Source: Acidobacteriota bacterium
GTDB taxonomy: Bacteria; Acidobacteriota; UBA6911; RPQK01; JADFOI01
DNA length: 64,000 bases
Assembly (NCBI GenBank): GCA_963663035.1
Contig: OY760074.1
Span: 416,001 to 480,000 of the forward strand
Direction of reading: 5' to 3'
Position numbers and translations under genes: made by a program. Below the pieces are notes generated by a model that worked only from the letters and a program-made list of their open reading frames with translations, did not search any database and was not told where the DNA came from. Numbering within the stretch: the first letter of the stretch is position 1; each line of letters starts with the position of its first letter. Below, one piece after another: positions 1 through 8,775 of the stretch.

Positions 1-37
1 GCTGTTTGGTGGGGAGAGGAGGGGCAATGGTGGCCAT
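1..37 (-). CDS. Partial N-terminus (MATIAPPLPTKQ...) of the next gene in the oxidase operon, possibly a cytochrome c oxidase subunit III-family protein
   Basis: ATG 3 bp after the coxA stop, frame open to the window edge; identity inferred from operon context only. Confidence 0.35.
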   Translation of the reverse strand, partial: MATIAPPLPTKQ

Positions 38-40
38 GGC

Positions 41-1822
41 TTAGCTCGCGGGTGTCTTCTGGGCGGTCTGCATCGTATAGTCCTGAGGTTCGTCCGGCAC
101 GCTGTATTCATAAGGTCCCTGGTACACCACCGGAAGTCTCCCGGCAAAGTTGTCATGGGGTGGGGGCGAGGGAATCTCCCATTCCAGGGTGGTCGCTTGC
201 CACGGATTCTCCTCGGCCTTTCTGCCTTTGAACATACTCCAGAAAAGGTTGACAATAAAAATCAGTTGGGCAGTGATGGTGATGAATGCAGCGATGCTGA
301 CGAACAGGTGAATCTGCCCTAAGGGCTCGAGGAAATCAAAAGCGGTCAACTCGGCATAACGGCGTGGGTTACCCGCCATGCCCAGAAAATGCATGGGCGT
401 AAAGATGGCGTACACGCCGACGAAGGTCAACCCGAAATGCACCTTTCCCCACAACTCACTCATGTGCCGGCCGAACATCTTGGGGAACCAATAATAGGTG
501 GCTGCAAACATTCCGAAAATGGAGGCCACCCCCATGATCATGTGGAAGTGTGCCACCACGAAGTAGGTATCATGGAGAAAAATATCAGTGGAAGGTTGAT
601 TCAGAAACAAGCCGCTGAGTCCACCGGTGACAAACAGAGAGACAAAACCGATGGCAAACAACATGGGTGTGGCCAGGCGAATGTTGCCACGCCACAGAGT
701 TCCCAGCCAGTTAAAAGTCTTAATGGCGGAGGGGACTGCAATAACGGTCGTCAACAGGGAGAAAGCGATGGCGGTATAGGGACTCATGCCACTCATGAAC
801 ATGTGGTGTCCCCACACCATAAAGCCCAGAATGCCAATGCCGAGAAGGGCATAGACCATTGCCCGGTATCCAAAAATCGGTTTGCGCGAGAAGGTGGAGA
901 GAATCTGGGAGGTGACCCCCATGCCGGGAAGGATGGCAATGTAGACCTCGGGATGGCCAAAGAACCAGAAGAGGTGCTGCCAAAGCAGGGGAGATCCCCC
1001 CTTGTGGTCGATTAGCTGATCGCTGACGACCAGCCCGCCGGGGATAAAGAAACTGGTCCCGGCCGAGCGATCCATGAGCAGGAGAACGCCGGCAGCCAGC
1101 AGCACGCCGAAGGCCAGCAGTCCCAGGATGGCCGTGACGAACCAGGCCCACACGGTCAGAGGCATTCGCATTAAGGTCATTCCCTCGGCGCGCAGGTCGA
1201 TGGTGGTGGTGATGAAATTCAGGGCTCCCAGCAAGGCTGCCACGCAGAAGATGGCGATACTGTAGATCCACAATGTTTGACCTGTCCCCAGACCGGGACC
1301 CGCGATTTCTCCCAGTGCGCTCAAAGGTGGGTAGGCTGTCCATCCCGATGTGGGAGGACCTCCTGCCACAAAGAAGGAGGCCAACAGAACCACCAGTGCC
1401 AAAAACGTGAACCAGAAGGAGAGCATGTTCAAGATCGGAAAGGCCATGTCAGCGGCCCCAATCTGGATGGGCAGGAAATAGTTTCCAAACCCGCCCTGGG
1501 GAGCCGTGGTCAAGACGAAAAAAACCATGATGGTCCCGTGCATGGTCAAAAAAGAGAGATAAAACTCCGGGGTCATCACGCCCCCGGGAGCTCCTGTTGG
1601 GAAAAAGGTCTCCAGCAGGGGAAGCTCCGTGCCTGGCCAAACCAGATTAAAACGAATAAAGATCGACAGGATCATCCCCACCACAACCGAGAAAAGAGCT
1701 AAGAAGAAGTATTGAAGGCCGATCACCTTGTGGTCTGTGCTAAAGATCCACTTTCGAATGAAGCCTGTGGGTGCTTCATGATGGACGACCTGGCTGCTTG
1801 GGGCGGCATCTGCCATAGTCAC
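41..1822 (-). CDS. ctaD: Cytochrome c oxidase subunit I (A1-type heme-copper oxidase)
   Basis: TDHKVIG, HGTIMVFF, WFFGHPEVYI, WGHHMF, VVAHFH and PRRY motifs. Confidence 0.97.
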   Translation of the reverse strand: MTMADAAPSSQVVHHEAPTGFIRKWIFSTDHKVIGLQYFFLALFSVVVGMILSIFIRFNLVWPGTELPLLETFFPTGAPGGVMTPEFYLSFLTMHGTIMVFFVLTTAPQGGFGNYFLPIQIGAADMAFPILNMLSFWFTFLALVVLLASFFVAGGPPTSGWTAYPPLSALGEIAGPGLGTGQTLWIYSIAIFCVAALLGALNFITTTIDLRAEGMTLMRMPLTVWAWFVTAILGLLAFGVLLAAGVLLLMDRSAGTSFFIPGGLVVSDQLIDHKGGSPLLWQHLFWFFGHPEVYIAILPGMGVTSQILSTFSRKPIFGYRAMVYALLGIGILGFMVWGHHMFMSGMSPYTAIAFSLLTTVIAVPSAIKTFNWLGTLWRGNIRLATPMLFAIGFVSLFVTGGLSGLFLNQPSTDIFLHDTYFVVAHFHMIMGVASIFGMFAATYYWFPKMFGRHMSELWGKVHFGLTFVGVYAIFTPMHFLGMAGNPRRYAELTAFDFLEPLGQIHLFVSIAAFITITAQLIFIVNLFWSMFKGRKAEENPWQATTLEWEIPSPPPHDNFAGRLPVVYQGPYEYSVPDEPQDYTMQTAQKTPAS

Positions 1823-1832
1823 ACTCTCCTGC

Positions 1833-2612
1833 TTAGAATTCAGCCTGCTCCTGTAGCCATTGGGCGTAATCTTCGTCCGATAACACCTCGAGGAAGCTTC
1901 TCATGCGATGATGTCCCAGGCCACAGAGCTCGGCGCAGGCGATCTCATAGGTTCCGGCTCTTGTGGCAGTAAATCGAAGGGGGATCATCATTCCCGGTAC
2001 CGTGTCCTGTTTGATCCGCAGCTCTCGCACCGAAAAGCTGTGGGTGACGTCTTTGGAGCGCAGGAGTAACTCAATGGGACGGTTCAGGGGAACAGCCATG
2101 GTGGGAAGCACGAGGTCATCTTCTGCAGCTGGATCCTCCAGGTCTAACCCCAGGGGGTTTCCCCCGGAATCGTCAATCAGCTCCGGTTGGATATTGCCAA
2201 ACTGACCATCGGGACCTGGGTACCGAATGTTCCAGGCAAACTGCTGTCCCGTCACTTCAATTTGAATGGCATCCTCAGGGGCAGCGTCAATATACAGATC
2301 GAACCAGGCCTGAAAGCCGAGCAGGACCATCCCAAAGAACAAGGCCGTAGTGGCCAGGGTCCAGGCCACCTCCATTTTGTTGCTTCCATGGTAGTAGTAG
2401 GCCTTCTGACCCGGCCGCTCCCGATATTTCAGCACAAAATACCCCAGGCCCACCTGGGCCAGGATAAAAACCACTCCCGTGACCACCAGGGTGTAGAAAA
2501 ACTGTGTATCTACGATCTCCCCGTGAGCCGAAGCGGACTCGGGGAACCACTGTCCGGTAAACAGAATCACAGTGATTAGGGTAATAATCCAAATGGTGAT
2601 CGCCAGTAACAT
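1833..2612 (-). CDS. ctaC: Cytochrome c oxidase subunit II
   Basis: TM helices, GQQFAW, DVTHSF and CuA motif CAELCGLGHHRM; adjacent to subunit I. Confidence 0.95.
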   Translation of the reverse strand: MLLAITIWIITLITVILFTGQWFPESASAHGEIVDTQFFYTLVVTGVVFILAQVGLGYFVLKYRERPGQKAYYYHGSNKMEVAWTLATTALFFGMVLLGFQAWFDLYIDAAPEDAIQIEVTGQQFAWNIRYPGPDGQFGNIQPELIDDSGGNPLGLDLEDPAAEDDLVLPTMAVPLNRPIELLLRSKDVTHSFSVRELRIKQDTVPGMMIPLRFTATRAGTYEIACAELCGLGHHRMRSFLEVLSDEDYAQWLQEQAEF

Positions 2613-2732
2613 GAATTTGTATTCTCCCCTGCCCCTTTTTTTGAGAACCCCCTCAAAAACCGCTGGCTATTGTACCAACAAAAAATCAATTATCAACGGG
2701 TTTAAGGAATTTATTGTGCAGCGGTGTTCTAA

Positions 2733-2804
2733 AGTGCCTCGCTCCTTGACCTCGCCTCGCACGACCCATCAGCAAACGTCATCGTATTTATGAAACGAGG
2801 CACT
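2733..2804. mobile_element. 72-bp internally deleted MITE, family 1
   Basis: Ends AGTGCCTCG...CGAGGCACT; body aligns with the 3' end of the 276-bp elements at 8357 and 60610 (cctcgctccttga...cccatcagcaaac). Confidence 0.7.
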
Positions 2805-2809
2805 AAGCC

Positions 2810-2980
2810 TCAGGATTCGATTGCTTGACCGCACTTTCGGCAGTGGATTCGTCTTTGAGCGTTGAGCGTTCTACACTCAGGACAGCGGTTGTACATGGAG
2901 CGGGCAAGAAATTGCGTGAACCAGGCGCTGCCGATGAGAATGGCGGCGACCAGTAAAAATCCCAGAATTGTCTCTGTCAT
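2810..2980 (-). CDS. 56-aa membrane-anchored zinc-ribbon protein (below ORF-track cutoff)
   Basis: Manual translation MTETILGFLLVAAILIGSAWFTQFLARSMYNRCPECRTLNAQRRIHCRKCGQAIES*: hydrophobic helix plus CxxC...CxxC. Confidence 0.75.
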   Translation of the reverse strand: MTETILGFLLVAAILIGSAWFTQFLARSMYNRCPECRTLNAQRRIHCRKCGQAIES

Positions 2981-2997
2981 GAGCAACCAAAGTCTCT

Positions 2998-3197
2998 AGC
3001 CGGTATTATGCATAGGTTCTTCTTACGAAGGGGCGAAAGGACCGGAAAACAGAGCCGTGGGCTTTAGCCCACGGGCCCGCAGGCTAAAGCCTGCGGCTCC
3101 GACTGGCGCGCGAGGGGTACCCGGCTGCGGGTCGCGCAACACGGTCAGGGAGGGTGATTTCGCCGCTGCAGTAGAAAACCTATGCATAATCCTGGCT
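2998..3197. mobile_element. MITE family 2, diverged copy in reverse orientation, carrying a REP-like insert
   Basis: TIR AGCCGGTATTATGCATAGG...CCTATGCATAATCCTGGCT in CTAG context at both ends; aligns with the reverse complement of 30640-30847. Confidence 0.75.
3052..3099. repeat. REP/PATE-like palindrome doublet
   Basis: GAGCCGTGGGCTTTAGCCCACGGG-CCCGCAGGCTAAAGCCTGCGGCTC; both halves recur at 52925-53001. Confidence 0.8.
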
Positions 3198-3214
3198 AGT
3201 ATATAATGCTTTGA

Positions 3215-4339
3215 ATGAGGCTGGCCCCTTACGCCATGCGGGATGACTTGACCGAGGGGAGGCGTTTTCCGGAGAAGCCTCATCCCTATCGCTCTGAGTA
3301 TCAAAGAGATCGAGACCGGATCATCCACACCAAGGCCTTCCGCAGGCTGGAGAATAAATCACAGGTCTTTGACCCCGATTATTGTGATCACTTCCGCAAT
3401 CGACTGACTCATACCATTGAGGTCAGCCAGATCACTCGAACCATTAGTGAAGCCCTTGGACTCAACACCGATTTGTGCGAGGTTCTGGCTTTGAGTCATG
3501 ACATCGGTCATCCCCCCTTCAGCCACCAGGGAGAGCAGGTGTTGGATCAGTTGATGAGGAACTACGGCTCCGGGTTTGATCACAACCTCCATGCCCTGCG
3601 GATTGTGGAGGATTTTGAAGAGAAATACGCTGCTTTCCGGGGTCTCAATCTCACCTTTGAAGTTCGCGAAGGAATCGTCAAACACAGTCGAGACTGTACG
3701 GAAGAGGAGGTGTCCTACGTCGATCTCAGTGAGTATCGTCCAGGTGAGCGGCCCCCGCTGGAAGCACAGGTCATCGATCTGGCCGATGAGATTGCTTACA
3801 ACACAGCTGATCTGGATGATGGCTATGATTCAGGACTGTTGACGGTTGAGCAGATGGTAGAGCAGATGAAGCTTTTCCAGAGTGTCTATGAACAGGTGGA
3901 GTCAGAATACCCAGATACTCCTGAAAAGCTTCGGGTCAGTGCGACGGTCCGACGAGTCATCGATGTTCTGGTGACCAGTCTGATATCCCAAACTCGCAGA
4001 GAGCTGGATATTCATGGCATTCATTCTGTGAAAAGGGTGCGCCACTTTCCAAGCCGCCTGCTGGGCTTGGAGGATCACATTGCTTCCCAGAATCGGGAGT
4101 TGAAGGAGTTTCTCCATCGAAACCTTTATGATCATAAGGTGATGAGGCAGTCCCGAAAAAAGTCCCGACGTGTCATTCAAGAACTGTTCCGAGAGTATGA
4201 GGAGAATCCCCAAAGACTTCCCGAGAGCCATTACTCGCGCATTGCTGAGTTGGGCTTGGAGCGTATTGTTTGTGACTACATTGCTGGAATGACTGACAAA
4301 TTTGCACTGACACAGCATGAAGACACGTTGACAAAATGA
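3215..4339 (+). CDS. dgt: Deoxyguanosinetriphosphate triphosphohydrolase (HD family)
   Basis: RDRDRIIH..FRRLENKSQV, RNRLTHTIEV, HDIGHPPFSH, ADEIAY, CDYIAGMTD. Confidence 0.93.
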   Translation: MRLAPYAMRDDLTEGRRFPEKPHPYRSEYQRDRDRIIHTKAFRRLENKSQVFDPDYCDHFRNRLTHTIEVSQITRTISEALGLNTDLCEVLALSHDIGHPPFSHQGEQVLDQLMRNYGSGFDHNLHALRIVEDFEEKYAAFRGLNLTFEVREGIVKHSRDCTEEEVSYVDLSEYRPGERPPLEAQVIDLADEIAYNTADLDDGYDSGLLTVEQMVEQMKLFQSVYEQVESEYPDTPEKLRVSATVRRVIDVLVTSLISQTRRELDIHGIHSVKRVRHFPSRLLGLEDHIASQNRELKEFLHRNLYDHKVMRQSRKKSRRVIQELFREYEENPQRLPESHYSRIAELGLERIVCDYIAGMTDKFALTQHEDTLTK

Positions 4340-4357
4340 AGTGATGTGAGGTAGAGT
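4328..4357 (+). promoter_or_regulatory. Putative sigma70 promoter of the yceD-rpmF-fab operon
   Basis: TTGACA-N18-TAGAGT upstream of yceD. Confidence 0.45.
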
Positions 4358-4401
4358 TTTTTGTCTTTCTTGAGGAAAATAATCCCGTTAAATGGTAGTG
4401 G

Positions 4402-4938
4402 ATGATGGTTGTGGATGTTAATGAACTCAGAGATCGAGAGAAGCCCCTTCACATCGTTAAGGACTTTGGTGACAAAGACCTCAAGGTCGATAACCCCATC
4501 AGTTCTCTACGGGGTCTTGTCCACTCGGACGTGGAGGTTTCCCTGTGGGGAGAGCGAGTGCGTGTGGAAGGAGAACTGGGAGCTGAAATAGTGCTGACCT
4601 GTTCTCGTTGTCTGAAGTCCTTTGAGCGAAAGATTCAAAAGGGATTTGAAGTGGAGTTTTTGCCTGATCCTGTGGTGGAGACGGAGGGAGAGGAAGTAGC
4701 CCTCACCTACACGGATCTGGATTTCGGTTTCTATCGAAACGACGGATTGGATGTCAGATCGGTGATTTCCGAACAGATCGCCTTGGAGATTCCCATGCAA
4801 CCGATCTGTCAGGAAGCTTGTAAGGGTTTATGTGACCAGTGCGGAGCCGATCTCAACGAAGGTGACTGCAACTGTCAGGGCCAAACAATCGATCCTCGAT
4901 TTGAGGCTTTGCTGGAATTGAAGAAGAGACTTAGGTAA
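4402..4938 (+). CDS. yceD: YceD/DUF177 family protein
   Basis: CSRCL and C...CKGLCDQCGADLN..C.C...DPRF motifs; precedes rpmF. Confidence 0.9.
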   Translation: MMVVDVNELRDREKPLHIVKDFGDKDLKVDNPISSLRGLVHSDVEVSLWGERVRVEGELGAEIVLTCSRCLKSFERKIQKGFEVEFLPDPVVETEGEEVALTYTDLDFGFYRNDGLDVRSVISEQIALEIPMQPICQEACKGLCDQCGADLNEGDCNCQGQTIDPRFEALLELKKRLR

Positions 4939-4955
4939 GTAACGGAAAGCACACC

Positions 4956-5138
4956 ATGGCCAATCCCAAGAGAAGGCATTCGAAATCACGGAGAGGGAAG
5001 AGACGAGCGCACAGCTTTTTGACTGCTCCCAATCTCTCGATTTGCAGTCACTGTGGATCTCCAGTACTTCCACACAGAGTCTGTCCCAACTGTGGTTATT
5101 ACAAGGACAGGCAAGTGATTGAGGTCAAGGAGTTGTGA
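4956..5138 (+). CDS. rpmF: 50S ribosomal protein L32
   Basis: MANPKRRHSKSRRGKRRAH...C..C...HRVCPNCGYY. Confidence 0.97.
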   Translation: MANPKRRHSKSRRGKRRAHSFLTAPNLSICSHCGSPVLPHRVCPNCGYYKDRQVIEVKEL

Positions 5139-5171
5139 TGTCGTGCATTCATGACTTCGTGCCTTGGTGAC

Positions 5172-6095
5172 ATGGTAGCGTTTGTTTTCCCTGGACAAGG
5201 TTCTCAGTACCCTGGAATGGGGAAGGACGTCGCACAGGAGTTTGCAGAAGCTGGTGAGGTCTTCGCCCAGGCTGATTCCGTTCTTGGCTTCTCCTTGAGC
5301 CGGCTCTGCTTTGAGGGGCCCGAGTCCGAGCTTCAGCTGACTGAGACGACTCAGCCTGCCGTTCTGGCGACTTCCATCGCCCTCTTTAGAATCCTTGAAA
5401 AGCAACAGAAATTGCCTGATTTTGTGGCGGGACACAGTCTCGGAGAGTATTCTGCATTGGTGGCTGCTGGTGGGCTTGATTTTCAGGATGCTGTCGGCCT
5501 GGTTCGTCAGAGAGGCCGCTTCATGCAGGAGGCGGTGCCTGTGGGAGAGGGTGCGATGGCAGCGGTGCTGGGCCTGGAGGAGCCAGTTATAGAGGATATC
5601 TGCCGGGAAGCGGCTCAAAGCGAGGTGGTCTCTCCGGCCAACATCAATTCTGCCGACCAGATCGTGATTTCTGGCCATCGCCGAGCCGTGGAACGAGCGG
5701 GTGAGCTAGCCAAAAGGAGAGGAGCACGGAGAGTGCTTTCCCTGCCCGTTAGCGCTCCCTTTCACTGTGCACTGATGGCGCCCGCGCAGGAACGCCTTTC
5801 AGAGGTCATTGGGGAGATCCCATTCCATGACCTCAAGATTCCCCTGGTGAACAACGTCAGAGCTCAACAAGTGACGCGGGGAGAGGAAGCACGCGAGGGC
5901 TTGGTGAGACAGGTTTCATCGGCAGTGCTCTGGTGTGATTGTGTCAAGGAGTTGGTCCGTGCCGGTGTCTCGACTTTTGTCGAGGTGGGACCGGGTAAAG
6001 TGCTCAAGAGTCTCATCCGGAGAATCGCACCCTCGGTTCAAACTCTGAATATCGAAAATCGAGAGCAATTGGAAGACTATGCAGGACTTTGCTAA
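5172..6095 (+). CDS. fabD: Malonyl-CoA:ACP transacylase
   Basis: FPGQGSQ, TQPA, GHSLGEY, VSAPFH; start placed at ATG 5172. Confidence 0.95.
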   Translation: MVAFVFPGQGSQYPGMGKDVAQEFAEAGEVFAQADSVLGFSLSRLCFEGPESELQLTETTQPAVLATSIALFRILEKQQKLPDFVAGHSLGEYSALVAAGGLDFQDAVGLVRQRGRFMQEAVPVGEGAMAAVLGLEEPVIEDICREAAQSEVVSPANINSADQIVISGHRRAVERAGELAKRRGARRVLSLPVSAPFHCALMAPAQERLSEVIGEIPFHDLKIPLVNNVRAQQVTRGEEAREGLVRQVSSAVLWCDCVKELVRAGVSTFVEVGPGKVLKSLIRRIAPSVQTLNIENREQLEDYAGLC

Positions 6096-6822
6096 CCAGG
6101 TTGCTCTGGTGACAGGAGCTTCACGCGGTATTGGTCGAAAGGTGGCTGAAGAGCTGGCCTCCCAGGGAGCTTATGTCGTTTTAGCGAGTCGATCCCAGGC
6201 TGAGGTTGAAGCCGCGGCTCAGGAGATTCGTGAAAAAGGGGGAGAAGCCCTGGCCGTGCAGATGGATGTCGGACAAATCGATCAGGTCCGAGGGGCCCTC
6301 TCCAGCATAAAGGATAAAGTTGAGAAGGTGGATATCCTCATTAACAATGCCGGTATCGCCCGCGACAACCTGCTGCTTCGAATGAAGGATGAGGAGTGGG
6401 ACCAGGTATTGAGGACAAACCTGGATGGTCTTTTTTATGTGACCAGGGAAGTGGTTACGGGAATGGTTCGCCAGCGCTATGGCCGGGTGATCAATATCAC
6501 TTCCGTGGTGGCCCAGATGGGAAATCCTGGACAGGTGAATTATGTCAGCAGTAAAGCGGGAATCATTGGATTTACCAAAGCTCTGGCGCGAGAAGTTGCC
6601 TCTCGCAACATTACCGTCAATGCCATTGCCCCGGGTTTCATTGAGACAGATATGACGACCGAGATGGGACAGAAGATGAAGGATGAGCTTCGGGGCAGCA
6701 TACCCCTCAAGCGGCTTGGAAGCGTTGAGGACGTCGCATACGGTGTCCTTTTCCTTGCGGCGAAGGAGGCTGGATATGTCACGGGGCATGTGCTAAATAT
6801 AAACGGCGGTATGTACATGTAA
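6079..6822 (+). CDS. fabG: 3-oxoacyl-ACP reductase
   Basis: [13 protein letters not shown], Yxx[12 protein letters not shown]. Confidence 0.95.
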   Translation: MQDFANQVALVTGASRGIGRKVAEELASQGAYVVLASRSQAEVEAAAQEIREKGGEALAVQMDVGQIDQVRGALSSIKDKVEKVDILINNAGIARDNLLLRMKDEEWDQVLRTNLDGLFYVTREVVTGMVRQRYGRVINITSVVAQMGNPGQVNYVSSKAGIIGFTKALAREVASRNITVNAIAPGFIETDMTTEMGQKMKDELRGSIPLKRLGSVEDVAYGVLFLAAKEAGYVTGHVLNINGGMYM

Positions 6823-6848
6823 CCGTCGGGAATGTGAATGGAGGAGAA

Positions 6849-7085
6849 ATGGCATCAGTAGAAGAACTCATCAAGAAGATCATCGTGGAGCAGCTGGGGG
6901 CCAACGAAGCTGATGTAACGCCGGAAGCTCATTTTGTAGATGATCTTGGAGCCGACTCGTTGGATACGGTTGAACTGGTAATGAAGTTTGAAGAGGACTT
7001 CGATATCGAGATTCCGGACGAGGACGCTGAAAAGATTCAGACAGTGCAAAACGCTATCGAATACATCAACTCTCATCAGAAATAA
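6849..7085 (+). CDS. acpP: Acyl carrier protein
   Basis: [14 protein letters not shown]; GGAGGAG RBS before ATG 6849. Confidence 0.96.
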   Translation: MASVEELIKKIIVEQLGANEADVTPEAHFVDDLGADSLDTVELVMKFEEDFDIEIPDEDAEKIQTVQNAIEYINSHQK

Positions 7086-7100
7086 TTTCCGGAGTCAAGC

Positions 7101-8342
7101 TTGGCAAGAAGGGTTGTAGTGACAGGCGTGGGGCTGGTTTCGGCCCTGGGTCTGGACACAGACACGACATGGAGAAGCCTGCTGCAGGGCAAGAGCGGGG
7201 TTGGCCCTATTACGCACTTCGATGCCAGTGACTTTTCCGCCAGAATCGCTGCCGAAGTCAAGAACCTCGATCCTGTGGCCTATGTGGGTGTCAAGGATGC
7301 GCGCAAGATGGACCTCTTTATCCTTTACGCCATCGCGGCCAGCGACCTTGCCTTTAGCAGTGCCTCTCTTCGAGTCACCAAGGAAAATGCCGAGCACATA
7401 GGAGTTTACATCGGTTCGGGCATCGGTGGATTCGGAACCATTGAGGAACAACACACCAATTTCCTGAACAAAGGTCCCCGCAGGATTTCTCCTTTCTTTA
7501 TCCCGGCCACCATTGGGAACTTGGCCACCGGGCAGGTTTCCATTCGGCTGGGGACGACCGGTCCCAACTCCGCCACTTGTACCGCCTGTTCGGCGGGTAG
7601 TCATGCCATTGGAGACTCCTTCAAGATTATTGAGCGCGGGGCTGCTGATGTGATGATCGCAGGAGGCGCGGAAGCAGCCATTACTCCCATGGGAGTGGGA
7701 GGGTTTGCGGCCATGCGGGCGCTCTCCACTCGCAATGAGGAACCGGAGAAGGCCAGCCGACCCTTTGACCGCGACCGCGACGGTTTCGTGATCGGTGAAG
7801 GCGCGGGTATTGTTGTGCTGGAAGAGTTGGAGCACGCTCTTAGCAGAGGCGCTTCGATTGCTGCTGAGATCGTGGGCTATGGCATGAGTGGGGATGCGTT
7901 CCATATCACTGCTCCTCCGGAGGATGCTTCTGGAGCAGTTCGGGCGATGAGAGCCACCCTCGAGGACGCCGGTGTTGATCCCACGGAAGTCGACTACATC
8001 AACGCCCATGGGACCAGTACTTCGGCCAATGACCGTATCGAGACCAAGGCCATCAAGGCGGTTTTTGCAGAGCACGCTTATAAGCTGGCCATCAGCTCCA
8101 CCAAGTCGATGACCGGGCACCTTCTGGGTGCTGCTGGCGGCCTGGAAGCAGGGGTCAGCGCACTTGTCCTAAGAGATCAAGAGATACCGCCCACCATCAA
8201 CCTGGAAAACCCGGATCCAGAATGCGACCTGGATTATGTGCCCAATAAGGCTCGGAAGGCAGACCTTCGCTATGTGATGTCCAACTCGTTTGGCTTCGGT
8301 GGTACCAACGCCTGCCTTTTGCTGAAGAGGTACCAGGACTAA
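7101..8342 (+). CDS. fabF: Beta-ketoacyl-ACP synthase II
   Basis: [42 protein letters not shown]. Confidence 0.96.
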   Translation: MARRVVVTGVGLVSALGLDTDTTWRSLLQGKSGVGPITHFDASDFSARIAAEVKNLDPVAYVGVKDARKMDLFILYAIAASDLAFSSASLRVTKENAEHIGVYIGSGIGGFGTIEEQHTNFLNKGPRRISPFFIPATIGNLATGQVSIRLGTTGPNSATCTACSAGSHAIGDSFKIIERGAADVMIAGGAEAAITPMGVGGFAAMRALSTRNEEPEKASRPFDRDRDGFVIGEGAGIVVLEELEHALSRGASIAAEIVGYGMSGDAFHITAPPEDASGAVRAMRATLEDAGVDPTEVDYINAHGTSTSANDRIETKAIKAVFAEHAYKLAISSTKSMTGHLLGAAGGLEAGVSALVLRDQEIPPTINLENPDPECDLDYVPNKARKADLRYVMSNSFGFGGTNACLLLKRYQD

Positions 8343-8356
8343 CCAGCGGACTAGCT

Positions 8357-8632
8357 AGTGTCTTGTCCCATGAATACCATGACGTTTGTGGCGAGCGCGA
8401 CGGCTTCGAGTTCGCGAAGCGACGACGACGAGATGTCTGTGTGCATCGCGGAGGAGGAGCGACAAAGAAATCGATGCTGTCCCGGCGCCACCCTTCGGGC
8501 TGATGGGGGTTGCGGGCGATCTCTGTGTCGCTCGTCGTCGCCGATGTCCATGACATCTCCTCCTCCGCGCTCCTTGATCTCCCCTCCCAAGCCCAATCAG
8601 CAAACATCTGGGTATACATGGGACGAGACACT
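8357..8632. mobile_element. 276-bp MITE, family 1
   Basis: TIR AGTGTCTTGTCCCATG...CATGGGACGAGACACT; highly similar copy at 60610-60885; no transposase. Confidence 0.85.
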
Positions 8633-8641
8633 TACAGATTG

Positions 8642-8650
8642 TGGTATAAT
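8642..8650 (+). promoter_or_regulatory. Extended -10 element upstream of the 7TM-HD operon
   Basis: TGGTATAAT just outside the MITE end. Confidence 0.45.
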
Positions 8651-8775
8651 ACCCTGGTACAGGAAGATGACTCCATCCTTGCTTTCCCACATTCCCAAAA
8701 AGCCCCTATTTCTCGCCTGTGGCTAGAAACCAATCGCGGGTGTGATGTCCCGCACTCTTATGTCTTTAATTCCCA

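Noticed and set aside
7095-8120. Long antisense ORFs (also 18652-19533, 19830-20807, 40008-41177)
   Set aside because: Shadows of well-conserved genes on the opposite strand with no recognisable motifs
5151-8342. Type II PKS/secondary metabolite cluster
   Set aside because: Canonical rpmF-fabD-fabG-acpP-fabF housekeeping order, with no chain-length factor or tailoring genes
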